Made by a program: the position numbers and the translations under genes
NCBI GenBank assembly: GCA_050613775.1
Contig: JBODTK010000107.1
Span: 496,001-560,000 of the forward strand
Reading direction: 5' to 3'
DNA: 64,000 nucleotides
Source of the DNA: Neocallimastix sp. 'constans'
Taxonomy: Eukaryota
The notes under the pieces: model-generated
Told to the model about the DNA's origin: nothing
What the model saw: only the letters and a program-made list of their open reading frames with translations
The model's database searches: none
Shown: positions 25,516-35,739 of the stretch, piece by piece
Layout: every line of letters starts with the position of its first letter
Numbering within the stretch: the stretch's first letter is position 1

Positions 25516-26169
25516 ATGTCTGACAAAGATATAGAATCAAAATATCATAAAATATTTAATTCAGGGGAAATGTATGTTAGTCATGATAAGGAACTTATCA
25601 ATTATGAGTGTAAATTAATTAAAAGGTTGAATGACTTTAATAACACTGAAGGAACTCCGGAAGGGCTCAAAGAACGTGAAAAAATATTAAGAGAAATTAC
25701 AGGTACATATGGAGAAGGTCTTATATTACTTCCACCTGTGTCAGCTAATTGGGGATTAAAGCATGTACATTTCGGAAAAAATGTATTTGTAAATTTTAAT
25801 GCAAATTTTGTTGATGACGCTGATATTTTCATTGATGATGATGCTTTAATTGGACCAAATTGTTCTATTGTAACAGCTAATCATCTATTTTCACCAAGAC
25901 TTAGAAAAGAAAAATTTCAATATAATAAACCTATTCATATTGGTAAAAATGTTTGGTTAGGTGCAGGCGTAATTGTTTTACCAGGAATAACAATTGGTGA
26001 AAATGCAATAGTTGGTGCTGGAAGTGTGGTAACTAAAGATGTTGAAGCTAATACTATTGTTTTTGGTAATCCAGCACGATTCTATCGTAGAATTACTGAG
26101 GATGATGATCGTTTTTATGATGGAAAAGAAATTCCTCAAGAGATAATAGATAAATATTTAAAAGATTAA
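25516..26169 (+). CDS. Maltose/galactoside O-acetyltransferase family protein (Maa/LacA-like, hexapeptide-repeat left-handed beta helix)
   Basis: N-terminal Mac-like helices (SGEMY...LNDFN...REKILREI), then HFGKNVFVNFN, LIGPNCSIVTANH, KPIHIGKNVWLGAGVIVLPGITIGENAIVGAGSVVTKDV and GNPAR. Intronless. Confidence 0.93.
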   Translation: MSDKDIESKYHKIFNSGEMYVSHDKELINYECKLIKRLNDFNNTEGTPEGLKEREKILREITGTYGEGLILLPPVSANWGLKHVHFGKNVFVNFNANFVDDADIFIDDDALIGPNCSIVTANHLFSPRLRKEKFQYNKPIHIGKNVWLGAGVIVLPGITIGENAIVGAGSVVTKDVEANTIVFGNPARFYRRITEDDDRFYDGKEIPQEIIDKYLKD

Positions 26170-26574
26170 ATTTATGTAAGAATATTATTCTAATACAGTA
26201 TTAAAAATATTAATAATTGCTTTATTAATCATATGTAAAATATATATTTTTTTTTTAATATAATATGTTTTATAATTATTAAATATTTTTTTTTTTAAAA
26301 AAAAATAAAGCATAAATAAATAAAATATAGAAACATATAAATGAAATTTAAAAATTATTAAAAAGTGATATTAATTCAATTATTATTATTATTATATTGT
26401 TATATAACATATTTTATATCTGCATTTTTTTTTTTTTTATTTTCAAATTTTAATTATTACGGATATTTTTTTCTGACATTTTCATTTAGTAATTGTAATT
26501 ATTTCTTTGATATTTCTTTTTTTTCTTTCTTCCTTGAGTCTTTTCTTTTCAACTATTATATTGATAATATAATA

Positions 26575-26608
<34 letters not shown>

Positions 26609-26642
26609 GCTTTATAAAATTTAGATCTATAATAATATTCCT

Positions 26643-29600
26643 TAATAAAAGGTAAATGTTTTTCATCAGTTAATTCAGATAATTCTTTCTCTCTGCCTAA
26701 AAAGACAGTTAAATGGGATAGATTAAAATGTATAAATGAAAAAGAATCAATTTTTGACAACAACTATTTTAGTGTATTAGAGGAAGTGATTCCAGATCCT
26801 AATATTAGTATTGATGATATTTCAAAGAAATTTATTTCAACTTCATTCAATATTGCTAAGGAACTTAATATCACGTCAATTTCAGAAGTTCGAAAATCTT
26901 TTTTTCATATGTCGCAGAAAATATTTAATTTGCAAAAACTCAAAATGAAATTATATAAATCCATTAAAAGAAGAGGTTCTTATCATAATTTAGATGAATT
27001 TGAAGAATTAATTGATAAATATAATAGAATGTGCAAAATTATTCATCATATGTGTAATATTTATAGGAAAACTGAATACCAACATTGGATTAATACAGGA
27101 TGTGAATATATGAAATCTCATAACCCTAAAAAAGCTTGGAAATGGCTTAAAACAACAGCAAAAGTAGATAAATTTAAAAATATGTCAAATTCTCCAGTAA
27201 AGGACAAAAATGGTAAACTAGCTACTTCTACTAAAGAACAGTTAGAAGTATGGCACAATCACTATAAAAAACTTGCTTCAAGCCATTCTGATATCAATAG
27301 TGCATTAATCGAATGGTATAATAAATTTTCCAATGGAACAATTAGGTATACGAGACACAATGAATGGGATATAAATCAAGACATCAGTATAGAAGAAATT
27401 AGAGAAGCAATTTTGGCTACTCCAAATTTTAAAGCTTCAGGCCCGGATGGAATTCCTATTGAATTTTATAAAGCTTTAATTCCTCCGGATGACGATAATT
27501 CAGTAAATAATTCTTCTTCTGGTTTAAATTGTTTACAGAAGATATACTCAAGAATTTGGAATGGAGAATTTCCTAGCTCATGGAATGAAGCAAGTATTAT
27601 ATCTATTCCTAAAAAAGGAGATGATCTATCTGATTGTGACAATTATCGAGGTATCTCTCTGATTAACAATGGTATTAAACTCATTTCGAAAATAGTCTCC
27701 AAAAGAATTTCAGAATATGGACTTAAAAATAATTTTATTAGGCCAGAGCAATTTGGATTTCGTACTAAAGAAGAATGTGTTAGTTTATTTATTTCAATTC
27801 GAGAAATTTGTCAAAGGCGTAAAAATGATAATAAAGAAACTTACCTAGCTTTTCTAGATTTAAAAAAGGCATATGATTCTGTTCCAATAGGTAATATTTT
27901 ATATAAATTAGATGCTTTAGGTATTAGAGGTAAATGTTATCAATTTATAAAAAATCTATATTTGACATCCAAAGCTAGTGTTAAAATTGATGATCAATAT
28001 TCGGAATCTTTTAATATTATGAAAGGAGTTAGACAAGGTTGTCCACTATCACCAATTCTTTTCAATCTTTTTATTAATGACATTTTTAATGATGTTTCAG
28101 AACTTGGAATTCCTTTAGGCGAATCTAGATGTTGTGGTGGACTCTTTGCAGATGATATTGTTCTATGCGCACCGTCAAGAACTAAGTTGAAAAAAATACT
28201 TAAGAAGGTAAATGAATGGGCTAAATTTAATATGATGAATTTTGGAATTAATAAGTGTGCAACGATGGTGATTCGACCAGACACACCTCTTTTTCAAAAT
28301 AAAAGAGATCCTACTTTTTATCTTGCTGGTCAACCAATTCCAATAACTAAATGTTATACCTATTTAGGTATACCATTTGATAAAAGCTTATCGTTGAAAC
28401 CTATTATTAAATTACTTAACTCTAAAGTAACTAAAGCTCTCTTTTCTGTTAGTAAATTTCTTTCAAATTCCAAAATTCCTATTCCATTTAAGAAGATTAT
28501 AATTAACTCTTATGTACTTAGTAAAGTCTCTTACTTTGCACCTTTACTTGGTTCGAATAAAACGAGAACAAATAATACTCAGAAATTAATTAATAAAGGA
28601 TTAAGATGGATTGCAGGTATACAAAAAGCCAAATCATTTATTAATGTATATTCTATTTCAAAAGATTTACATATTCCTCCATTGTCAGCTAAGTGTGCTT
28701 TGTCTCAGGTCAAATGTTTTGATAAATGGAAAAATTCAAATTGTATTATTTCCTATTTAGTTAATAATATTCCAAAATCTAGAAAATATACATGGACAAA
28801 AGAAAGTAGAACTCTTAAACGTAAACTAGAGAAAAGAGGTAATAACGATAATAAAATCAAGGATTTTTATTGGAAAAGAGATATGAAAATCAATTCTATT
28901 AAAGCTGAGTTTTATGACAAAAACAAATTCGAAGAAACATCAAAATTTATAAAACTTTGTTATGACTATCCTGATCTTTCATATGGTTTCTATTGGCTAT
29001 TGAGAGCACGAAGCGGATATAGATTAGATGCTAGAATTGCTAAAGCTGCAAAAATAGTGGACCAAATGTGTCCTAATTTTTGTCCCTGTTGTAAAAGTAA
29101 TAAACAATGGATAAGTCATTGGTTAATTGATTGTCCCTTTTTCAATCATACTCGTAGTAAAGTTAATGATAAAATTTTATTTTTATATAATGCTTTTTAC
29201 CGTGGCAACCTAACAAATGATATTGTTAATAGTAATAATGATAATAGTAATAGTAATAATAGTAATAGTTATAATAGTAATAATAATATTAGTAATAGTA
29301 TTTTTAGTAATGTTAGTAATAGTATTGAAAATAATGTGTATATTGATTCTAGTGTGTGTGAAAAAGTGTTTAATTTCCTTCTTGGAGGTCGAAGTATTAA
29401 TAACAGTACAAGGGAATGGAAGGATCTATTTAAGTGCCAGATGAAATCAGGTGCTTATTCTGATACTCCGTTCTTAGTGGTTACTGCGGCACTTCTCCAA
29501 TCGATTATACCTATTGCTATTGGCCAGCAATGGTCTTTGTTCAATAGGTTCAAATCGAATCGTACTACTACTACCAAGAGCGTCAATGCTGAAGAAACAG

Positions 29601-29887
29601 TAAGACAGGCCAGCAGGGCTAGCGCAACCAATGAAGATCATAATTTTGTATCTTAAAATTATGATTAACATTGCGAAGTCAAAGTTAATTATTATACTTC
29701 AGTATAATAATGCCCTTGTGAAGTCTTACAAATATTAATTAAATGAAACTAGAATATATTATACCATTATTTTATTTTTATTTTGTGTTTTATTTTTTGT
29801 TTATTTTTTTATCTTTTTTTTTTTATTATTTTATTACATGTATTTTATCAAATATTTAATTAATAAAGATGAAACAAGTTTGCTGCC

Positions 29888-29931
<44 letters not shown>
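26643..29931 (+). mobile_element. 5'-truncated non-LTR retrotransposon (LINE) with poly(A) tail and 14-bp TSD
   Basis: TSD ATAATAATATTCCT at 26629-26642 and 29932-29945; poly(A) from 29891; RT ORF inside. Confidence 0.93.
26786..29656 (+). CDS. LINE reverse transcriptase (RVT_1) with C-terminal CCHC finger; endonuclease lost by 5' truncation
   Basis: KASGPDGIP, NYRGISL, QFGFR, FLDLKKAYDSV, GVRQGCPLSPILFNLFI, FADD, YTYLG, CPCC...HWLIDC. The frame is open back to the 5' junction (26642), so the GTG start is not a real start. Confidence 0.95.
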   Translation: MIPDPNISIDDISKKFISTSFNIAKELNITSISEVRKSFFHMSQKIFNLQKLKMKLYKSIKRRGSYHNLDEFEELIDKYNRMCKIIHHMCNIYRKTEYQHWINTGCEYMKSHNPKKAWKWLKTTAKVDKFKNMSNSPVKDKNGKLATSTKEQLEVWHNHYKKLASSHSDINSALIEWYNKFSNGTIRYTRHNEWDINQDISIEEIREAILATPNFKASGPDGIPIEFYKALIPPDDDNSVNNSSSGLNCLQKIYSRIWNGEFPSSWNEASIISIPKKGDDLSDCDNYRGISLINNGIKLISKIVSKRISEYGLKNNFIRPEQFGFRTKEECVSLFISIREICQRRKNDNKETYLAFLDLKKAYDSVPIGNILYKLDALGIRGKCYQFIKNLYLTSKASVKIDDQYSESFNIMKGVRQGCPLSPILFNLFINDIFNDVSELGIPLGESRCCGGLFADDIVLCAPSRTKLKKILKKVNEWAKFNMMNFGINKCATMVIRPDTPLFQNKRDPTFYLAGQPIPITKCYTYLGIPFDKSLSLKPIIKLLNSKVTKALFSVSKFLSNSKIPIPFKKIIINSYVLSKVSYFAPLLGSNKTRTNNTQKLINKGLRWIAGIQKAKSFINVYSISKDLHIPPLSAKCALSQVKCFDKWKNSNCIISYLVNNIPKSRKYTWTKESRTLKRKLEKRGNNDNKIKDFYWKRDMKINSIKAEFYDKNKFEETSKFIKLCYDYPDLSYGFYWLLRARSGYRLDARIAKAAKIVDQMCPNFCPCCKSNKQWISHWLIDCPFFNHTRSKVNDKILFLYNAFYRGNLTNDIVNSNNDNSNSNNSNSYNSNNNISNSIFSNVSNSIENNVYIDSSVCEKVFNFLLGGRSINNSTREWKDLFKCQMKSGAYSDTPFLVVTAALLQSIIPIAIGQQWSLFNRFKSNRTTTTKSVNAEETVRQASRASATNEDHNFVS

Positions 29932-29934
<3 letters not shown>

Positions 29935-30698
29935 ATAATATTCCTAAAGGAAAATATGTTTATAATAAATCTTATAGCTTTAAATAAGTAATGATATAAA
30001 ACAAATATGTGTAGCAACATATTTGTATATTTAATAATAATTATTAAATATTAAATTTATATCTCTTTTGTCAATAATAATATTTGAAATAATTTCTTAT
30101 TCATATATTATTCAATATTTATATATATATTATTCATTATAATATGAAATATATTAAATATATTAAATTAAATAGTTAATTTCTTCTAAATATATATAAT
30201 AAGAATATTATTATATATATAATTTAACTATTCATATTCATTTTTAAAGTTTATATTAAAAATACTTAATACTTCTATATATTATAATATATAATATAAT
30301 GAAATAGTTTTAGTTATTTTAATTATAATTAAATATATATAGTTGATATTATTTATTATATTCATATTTATTATATAATTATATTCTTATATATTTAACT
30401 TTATTATTCTTATTTTCATTTTAAGAATTATATAGTTATATTTATTATATTTATTATTTTAATATATATTTATTATATATTATACTATACTCCGATATAA
30501 TATATTTTAAATGTATATTTATTATTATTAATAATTAAATTATTATAAAGATTCCTAATAACTATTCTTCTTGATTGTAGTTTAGAGAAGACCCTTGGTT
30601 AATTGGGTTTTTAAATTAAAAAAATATTAATAAAGGTTATTAAATATAACGATACTATTAAAAATTAGTAGCACATAAAAGTCCCGCATATCAAAAAT

Positions 30699-30716
30699 TG
30701 GTGGAGATATCGGGGA
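30699..30716 (+). promoter_or_regulatory. Primer-binding site complementary to the 3' end of tRNA-Ala
   Basis: TGGTGGAGATATCGGGGA, 5 nt after the LTR. Its complement TCCCCGATATCTCCACCA resembles eukaryotic tRNA-Ala 3' ends (…TCCCCGGCATCTCCACCA). Confidence 0.75.
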
Positions 30717-31118
30717 TGTGCTGTGTAAAAAATAATTTATAAGTAGTGGTGTTTAGTAATTTTGTTGATTAATTATAAATCCGTATATATTTACATAAAT
30801 TCTCTTCAGTTAGGATTAATTAAAATACACTGTTTAGGATATAAATTTTTAATTTTTTTTATTGGCTATTTATAATTATTTTATCTTTGGTGAAGAGAAA
30901 GTTATACACTATTTGTTATTTCATTCATTTTAGTATAATTTAAATAAATTGTTTTAAAATAAATAAGAATTCGGAATATTTTATAATTATATTAAATAAT
31001 AATATATATATAAACATTATAATTGTATATATAAATATTTAAAAAAAAAAAAAAAAAAAAAAAATACAAAAATTTAATAGATAAGTACTATTATTTTTTT
31101 TTAAATTAATTGCTTATA

Positions 31119-31673
31119 ATGAGGAATAGTAATTTTAATTGCAATCGGGTAGATACTGGGACTCTTCCAAGAATTGGTGGATCTCGTAGAGATGCAGAAA
31201 TCTGGAAGTTTAAAATTAATGATTGGTTTAAGAGGGAAGGTATTACTACCGATGAGAATAAATTTAGTTATATAATTACAGCTGTTGAAGATAACATCGT
31301 AAGGATACTTATGGAAAAAGAAAAAGAAGTAAATAGACCTCTTACTTTGGATGAATGTGTTAAATTAATTAAAAAGAAATATTGGAGGGAGAATTTGAAG
31401 GAAGATAAACTAAGTCAATAAAAAAAAATTATTATAACCCCAAATGAAAATGTTTGTGATTTTAATACTAGATTTTTGGAGCTATACGATCAATTGGATT
31501 TCAACGATAAGTCTTATATATCTGTTATTGATTATGAAAATGCTTTACGACCAAGAGGTAGAATATATGAAATGGTTGCTATGGCTGATGTTGATAATCT
31601 AGAGGATGCCTGTAGATTAGCCGAAAAATTTGAAAGTATAATAAACAAATCTCGAGTAGGCAATAAAAATTAA
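31119..31673 (+). pseudogene. Gypsy-type gag (capsid) remnant with an in-frame stop at 31419-31421
   Basis: ORFs 31110-31421 and 31476-31673 share a frame. LPRIGG...W...I..WF and ENVCDFNTRFLELY...LEDACRLAEKFE resemble retrotransposon capsid motifs. Lies downstream of LTR and PBS. Confidence 0.7.
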
Positions 31674-31796
31674 TAATTAGGGGGAATGTGAAATAATAAA
31701 TACATTTAATATTAAAAAATAAATAAATAATATGTAGTACAAATATCAATGTAAAATGTATTTATTTAGTAATTATTAATATTTTATTTTAAACCG

Positions 31797-31836
<40 letters not shown>

Positions 31837-32084
31837 TTTCTTGATTTATTGATTTTTGAAGTTTTATAAAAAATTTACATTGTTTAATGTAGATATATTA
31901 TTTTAATATATATTAATAAAATTATTATTTCATAAACCCAATTGTTTAATTGAGTTTTGTACGTTCGAGTGTTTGTTTTCTTTATTTTTATATATTAATA
32001 AATTAAATTTTAACATGATTAATGTTCAATTGTCGAGAAAGCTAGTACGTATTCCATCGGGTTAGGTTATGTTGGCTTCTCAGG

Positions 32085-32299
32085 GGGAGAGTTGCATTTC
32101 CCCAAATTGCATTTCGCCAGGTTGCATTTCGACAAGTGGAGTATTGATATAAATAAATAAATGAATAAATAAATAAATATTAATTCAAAATATATTTTTT
32201 TTTAAAATTGTTTTTATGCGATATTAATAATATTTAATTTTATTTATTGATTTATTTATTTATTTAATAATTTTCAATTTGGCGAAATGCACCACACCC
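32085..32299. mobile_element. Mutator-type MITE (215 bp)
   Basis: 9-bp TSD CTTCTCAGG (32076-32084, 32300-32308). TIRs GGGAGAGTTGCATTTC / GAAATGCACCACACCC; three TGCATTTC subrepeats; related to 24442-25328. Confidence 0.85.
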
Positions 32300-32808
32300 C
32301 TTCTCAGGGCCGAGAAAAAGTGTACTGGAAAATTCTAAGTAAATATATTTAATGCTTAATACTCAGTAAGGCCGTCCTGCGGTGCCAATATCCCTTATAC
32401 GAAAGCATACTGAAGTATTGTGACTTCCTCAAAATCCTCATGTCTTGAGGAGGGAAAGGTTAAAAATAAGAATGGATACACCGGAAGCAAAAAAATCTTT
32501 ATTTGTACAAAGTTTTCATTAATTTATTTATATAAATAATGATGTCAGAAATAAATTTAATATAATTAATAGGCATTTAATAAATAATAAGTAAATAATA
32601 CACAAATATAAAATAAATAATAAATAAATAAAAAAAAATAAATATCAAAACCAAAATACAAAAACAAATTTTTGCATATTTTGGCAAATATATTTTAATG
32701 ATATGAATCATATAAAATTATTATCGATGAAATATAAATTTGTAATTATATATGATATTATGTATGAGATCTATTTAATTTAAATTTTATAAGTAATGTG
32801 TAATAAAA

Positions 32809-33460
32809 GATTAAAAGTTTCATTGTCTCAATAGTGTGTGTGTTATTAAAAAAATTTTTTATAAGTGAATATAGTATTTTTTAAGTGAATGTAAAAATGA
32901 CAACAACCAAAGGAAAATGTCACATTGGAAATTTTAAATGAGTCCAATTTTAAATCTTGTTTCCAAGATTTATTTCTTTTATTAAAAGGAAAAGATATAA
33001 ATGAATATATATATCTTTTAAATAAAATTATAAAAATTTCCAAAGAAGAAAGGAAAGATTACGAGTTATTACCAGAAGAGCAAGAAAATATTATGATAAA
33101 TCAGTGACTAGTGACTTGCCGAAATACAATATCAAGGGGAAAAAGAATAATTTTTAATAGTATAAAAAGTAAATTATAAAGTAAAATATTTCAAAGGCTA
33201 ATGAAGATATAAAACTTAATTAATATTATCAAAAATGTAAATATTAGTGATGAAATTGGTCGCATAGAAGAAATAAAAGGTATTTTAAGTAAAAATAAAT
33301 ACAATCCTAACGATATGTCTTCATTTGTTTTTATTTCTACTATGAGTATATTATTTAATGAAATTAAAGATTTAAGAATTGAATTAAGTGGAAAAGATAA
33401 ATTTAACTACTAATATATCATATAATTTTTTACCTGAAGAATTAGTAATTAAATCAATTA
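32809..33460 (+). pseudogene. Old copia gag relic with degenerate PBS
   Basis: LEILNESNFKSCFQDLFLLLKGKDINEYI fits the copia gag N-terminus. LFNEIKDLRIELSGKDKFNY...FLPEEL parallels IFGEMEDAGVNLTEREKLKYMFNILPNDF of element B. GATTAAAAGTTTCA (32809-32822) is 12/14 identical to the PBS. Confidence 0.65.
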
Positions 33461-33602
33461 TGATTAACTATCAGGTATCAAAAATGGGTGGTTTCAGCTT
33501 ATAGTATTCGTTATAAAACTAAAGAATTCCAATAAAGATTACTAGGTAATCTTAACGTTTAATTTTAAATATTAAATATTAGTTTAAAAAATTAATTTAA
33601 AT

Positions 33603-34165
33603 TGATCTAAAACAAATATGTGTAGTAACATATTTGTATATTTAATAATAATTATTAAATATTAAATTTATATCTTTTGATAATAATTTTTATAATATAT
33701 TATTAATTATTCATTATTATATTATAATTACTATTATAATATATATTAAATTACATATTATTTTATAATATATTAAATTATATATTTATTTTATAATTAT
33801 ATATTATTATATTAAAATATAATAATATTCTTATATTTAACTTTAATAGGATTTTTATTATATTATATAATATATTATTATGTATTATTTTATATTTATT
33901 TTATATTTTACATATAATATACATTTATTATTTAAATATAGATATTGTATTCTTATATATATATAATTTATATTATATGTTTAAAATATATTTCATATTA
34001 TTAAATTTTATAATTTTAAAATGTAATTTCTTAATAATAACCAATTTCTAATAAAATTAATTTAGAAAGGGGTTTTTAGTTTTTAGGAAAAGTAATAATA
34101 AATTAAATAAAGATATAACTATATTATTATAATTAAAATATAGTACATAAAAGTCCCGTATATCA
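33603..34165 (+). mobile_element. Solo LTR of the gypsy-like family (copy 3)
   Basis: TGATCTAAAACAAATATGTGTAGTAACATATTTG...TACATAAAAGTCCCGTATATCA. AAAT on both sides (33599-33602, 34166-34169) may be a 4-bp TSD. Confidence 0.78.
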
Positions 34166-34419
34166 AAATATTTATCATATAAAATTTTTTAAAAAAAGTT
34201 TATTTAATATAAAAAATGTAGAAAATTGATGATTATTATTTAAAGGTATATGAAACACAAAATCACTTTATATATTTTTAATAATTCTTTTCAATTAAAA
34301 TAAGTTAATAATCTTACATAGATTTTAATTATTAAAAAATTTTAAAAATATTTATATTATACATCAAATATAATGTTTTATAAATTATCATCTAATCACT
34401 ATTTATTATCATTAGCATT

Positions 34420-35190
34420 ATTCTCTTTTATTTTAAATAAAACCATATACACTAATATTAAACTATTATACAAAATAATACTAAACTTATATTAATATTG
34501 ATGATGATTAAAACTCATTGTTTATATTTATTATAATATTGCTTTAAAACTATTCTAATATTGTTTTAAAACTATTCTAATATTGTTTTAAACTATTTTA
34601 ATATTGTTCTGTCTTTTAAGATTATCTTTGAACTATCAAAAGGACTAATTTATGATATTCTAAAATTTAAAAATACTAATAAAAATATATTTATTAATAA
34701 TTATTATAATAAAAATAATTTTTAATACTATCTAATAATAAAAATAATTTTTTTATAATATAACGTTGATAAGAGTATTTGAAATTCCGGAATTAATAGT
34801 CTAATTGAGCTGAGATTAATTAATTATTTTTTGAATCATAAAAATTATTAATTATATCCGTCGTGTAACAGAGAACTAGTACTAATTTTCAAATGATTAC
34901 TTATTTAAGACCCAATTATAATTAATATTTTAAACAGTATTTATAATTGATTTGTTGATAAATTATTTTAGCCATACTGAAAAATATTTAATATGTTTCG
35001 TTAAATAATTATTGTTGATTAGAAATGATTTAAGGTAATTTCAAAATGAATAGAGATCACCTTATTTGACTATTTAACATATGAATATCGATTATAAATA
35101 TATTTAAGAAAAGATAGTAGAAAAGAAATGAGTTTTATCTGGACCAAAAATGAAATATTTTAGCAATTTTATTTTCAATTAAAATTTTAT

Positions 35191-35229
<39 letters not shown>

Positions 35230-35290
35230 ATTAAAATTTTTTATTATTAATATATATTATTATTACCAAATTAATAATGTAAGGGGAATG
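34420..35290 (+). pseudogene. Possible highly decayed gypsy integrase 3' region ending in a PPT
   Basis: Faint similarity to the N.T...WD..L....YN...SPFEL region of integrase around 34430-34645. AAGGGGAA-TG at 35281-35290. No intact frame. Confidence 0.3.
34534..34608. repeat. Tandem repeat, ~22-bp unit x3
   Basis: TAATATTGYTTTAAAACTATTC repeated head to tail with no spacers. Confidence 0.8.
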
Positions 35291-35739
35291 TTAGGTATAA
35301 CTACATTATAATTTATATTATATATTATAATATAAATATGACAATAATCCACATAATAAATACCTTTATTATTAGATAGTTATTAAATAGTTATTATAAA
35401 TCTTATTTATTATATTTTGTTAAAATGTAATATTCTTTTATTTGATATTCATATTATAATTAAATATATTATTTTTTAAACATTAAAAAATTATGTATTT
35501 TCTTATAAAACGCTTTATAATTAAAAAAAAAAAAAAATTGAATAATTAATACTAATTTATTTATAATAAAAAATTAAATAAATAACTTAATATTAATAAC
35601 TAATAATAAAGAAAATATTTTATTTTATTTTTATTTAATAATTATAAAATAAAATATTTATTTAAAAGATTTTAAACCATTTACTTTAAATAAACGTATA
35701 TCTTTCATTATTTTAAACAATAAGAAAGAAATATTAAAA

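Larger units (their letters stand above)
26604..29991 (-). mobile_element. Third copia LTR (family of element A), split by the LINE; pieces 26604-26642 and 29932-29991, then cut by a gypsy LTR
   Basis: TATTAGCTTTATAAAATTTAGATCTATAATAATATTCCT matches 14132 and 17983 onward. AGCTTTAAATAAGTAA just before 29992 matches ~14215 and ~18068. Left flank is (TTA)n. Confidence 0.8.
29992..31686 (+). mobile_element. Truncated Ty3/gypsy-like element: 5' LTR 29992-30693, PBS, gag remnant, PPT-like tract
   Basis: LTR termini shared with 462-839 and 33603-34165. PBS starts TGG at 30699; gag-like ORF; AGGGGGAA at 31679-31686 followed by TG. Confidence 0.78.

Noticed and set aside
29620..29676. SECIS-like hairpin (ATGA followed by a stem)
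   Set aside because: No opposing GA to form the non-Watson-Crick quartet, and no in-frame TGA in the ORF.
30699..30716. tRNA-Ala gene or integration att site
   Set aside because: Only 18 nt, positioned directly after an LTR; it is a PBS.
29992..34165. One complete gypsy element bounded by the LTRs at 29992 and 33603
   Set aside because: The LTR interiors and lengths differ, outer flanks do not form a TSD, no PPT precedes 33603, and that copy has its own possible AAAT duplication.
34534..34608. CRISPR-like repeats
   Set aside because: Head-to-tail tandem units without spacers, no cas genes, eukaryotic context.
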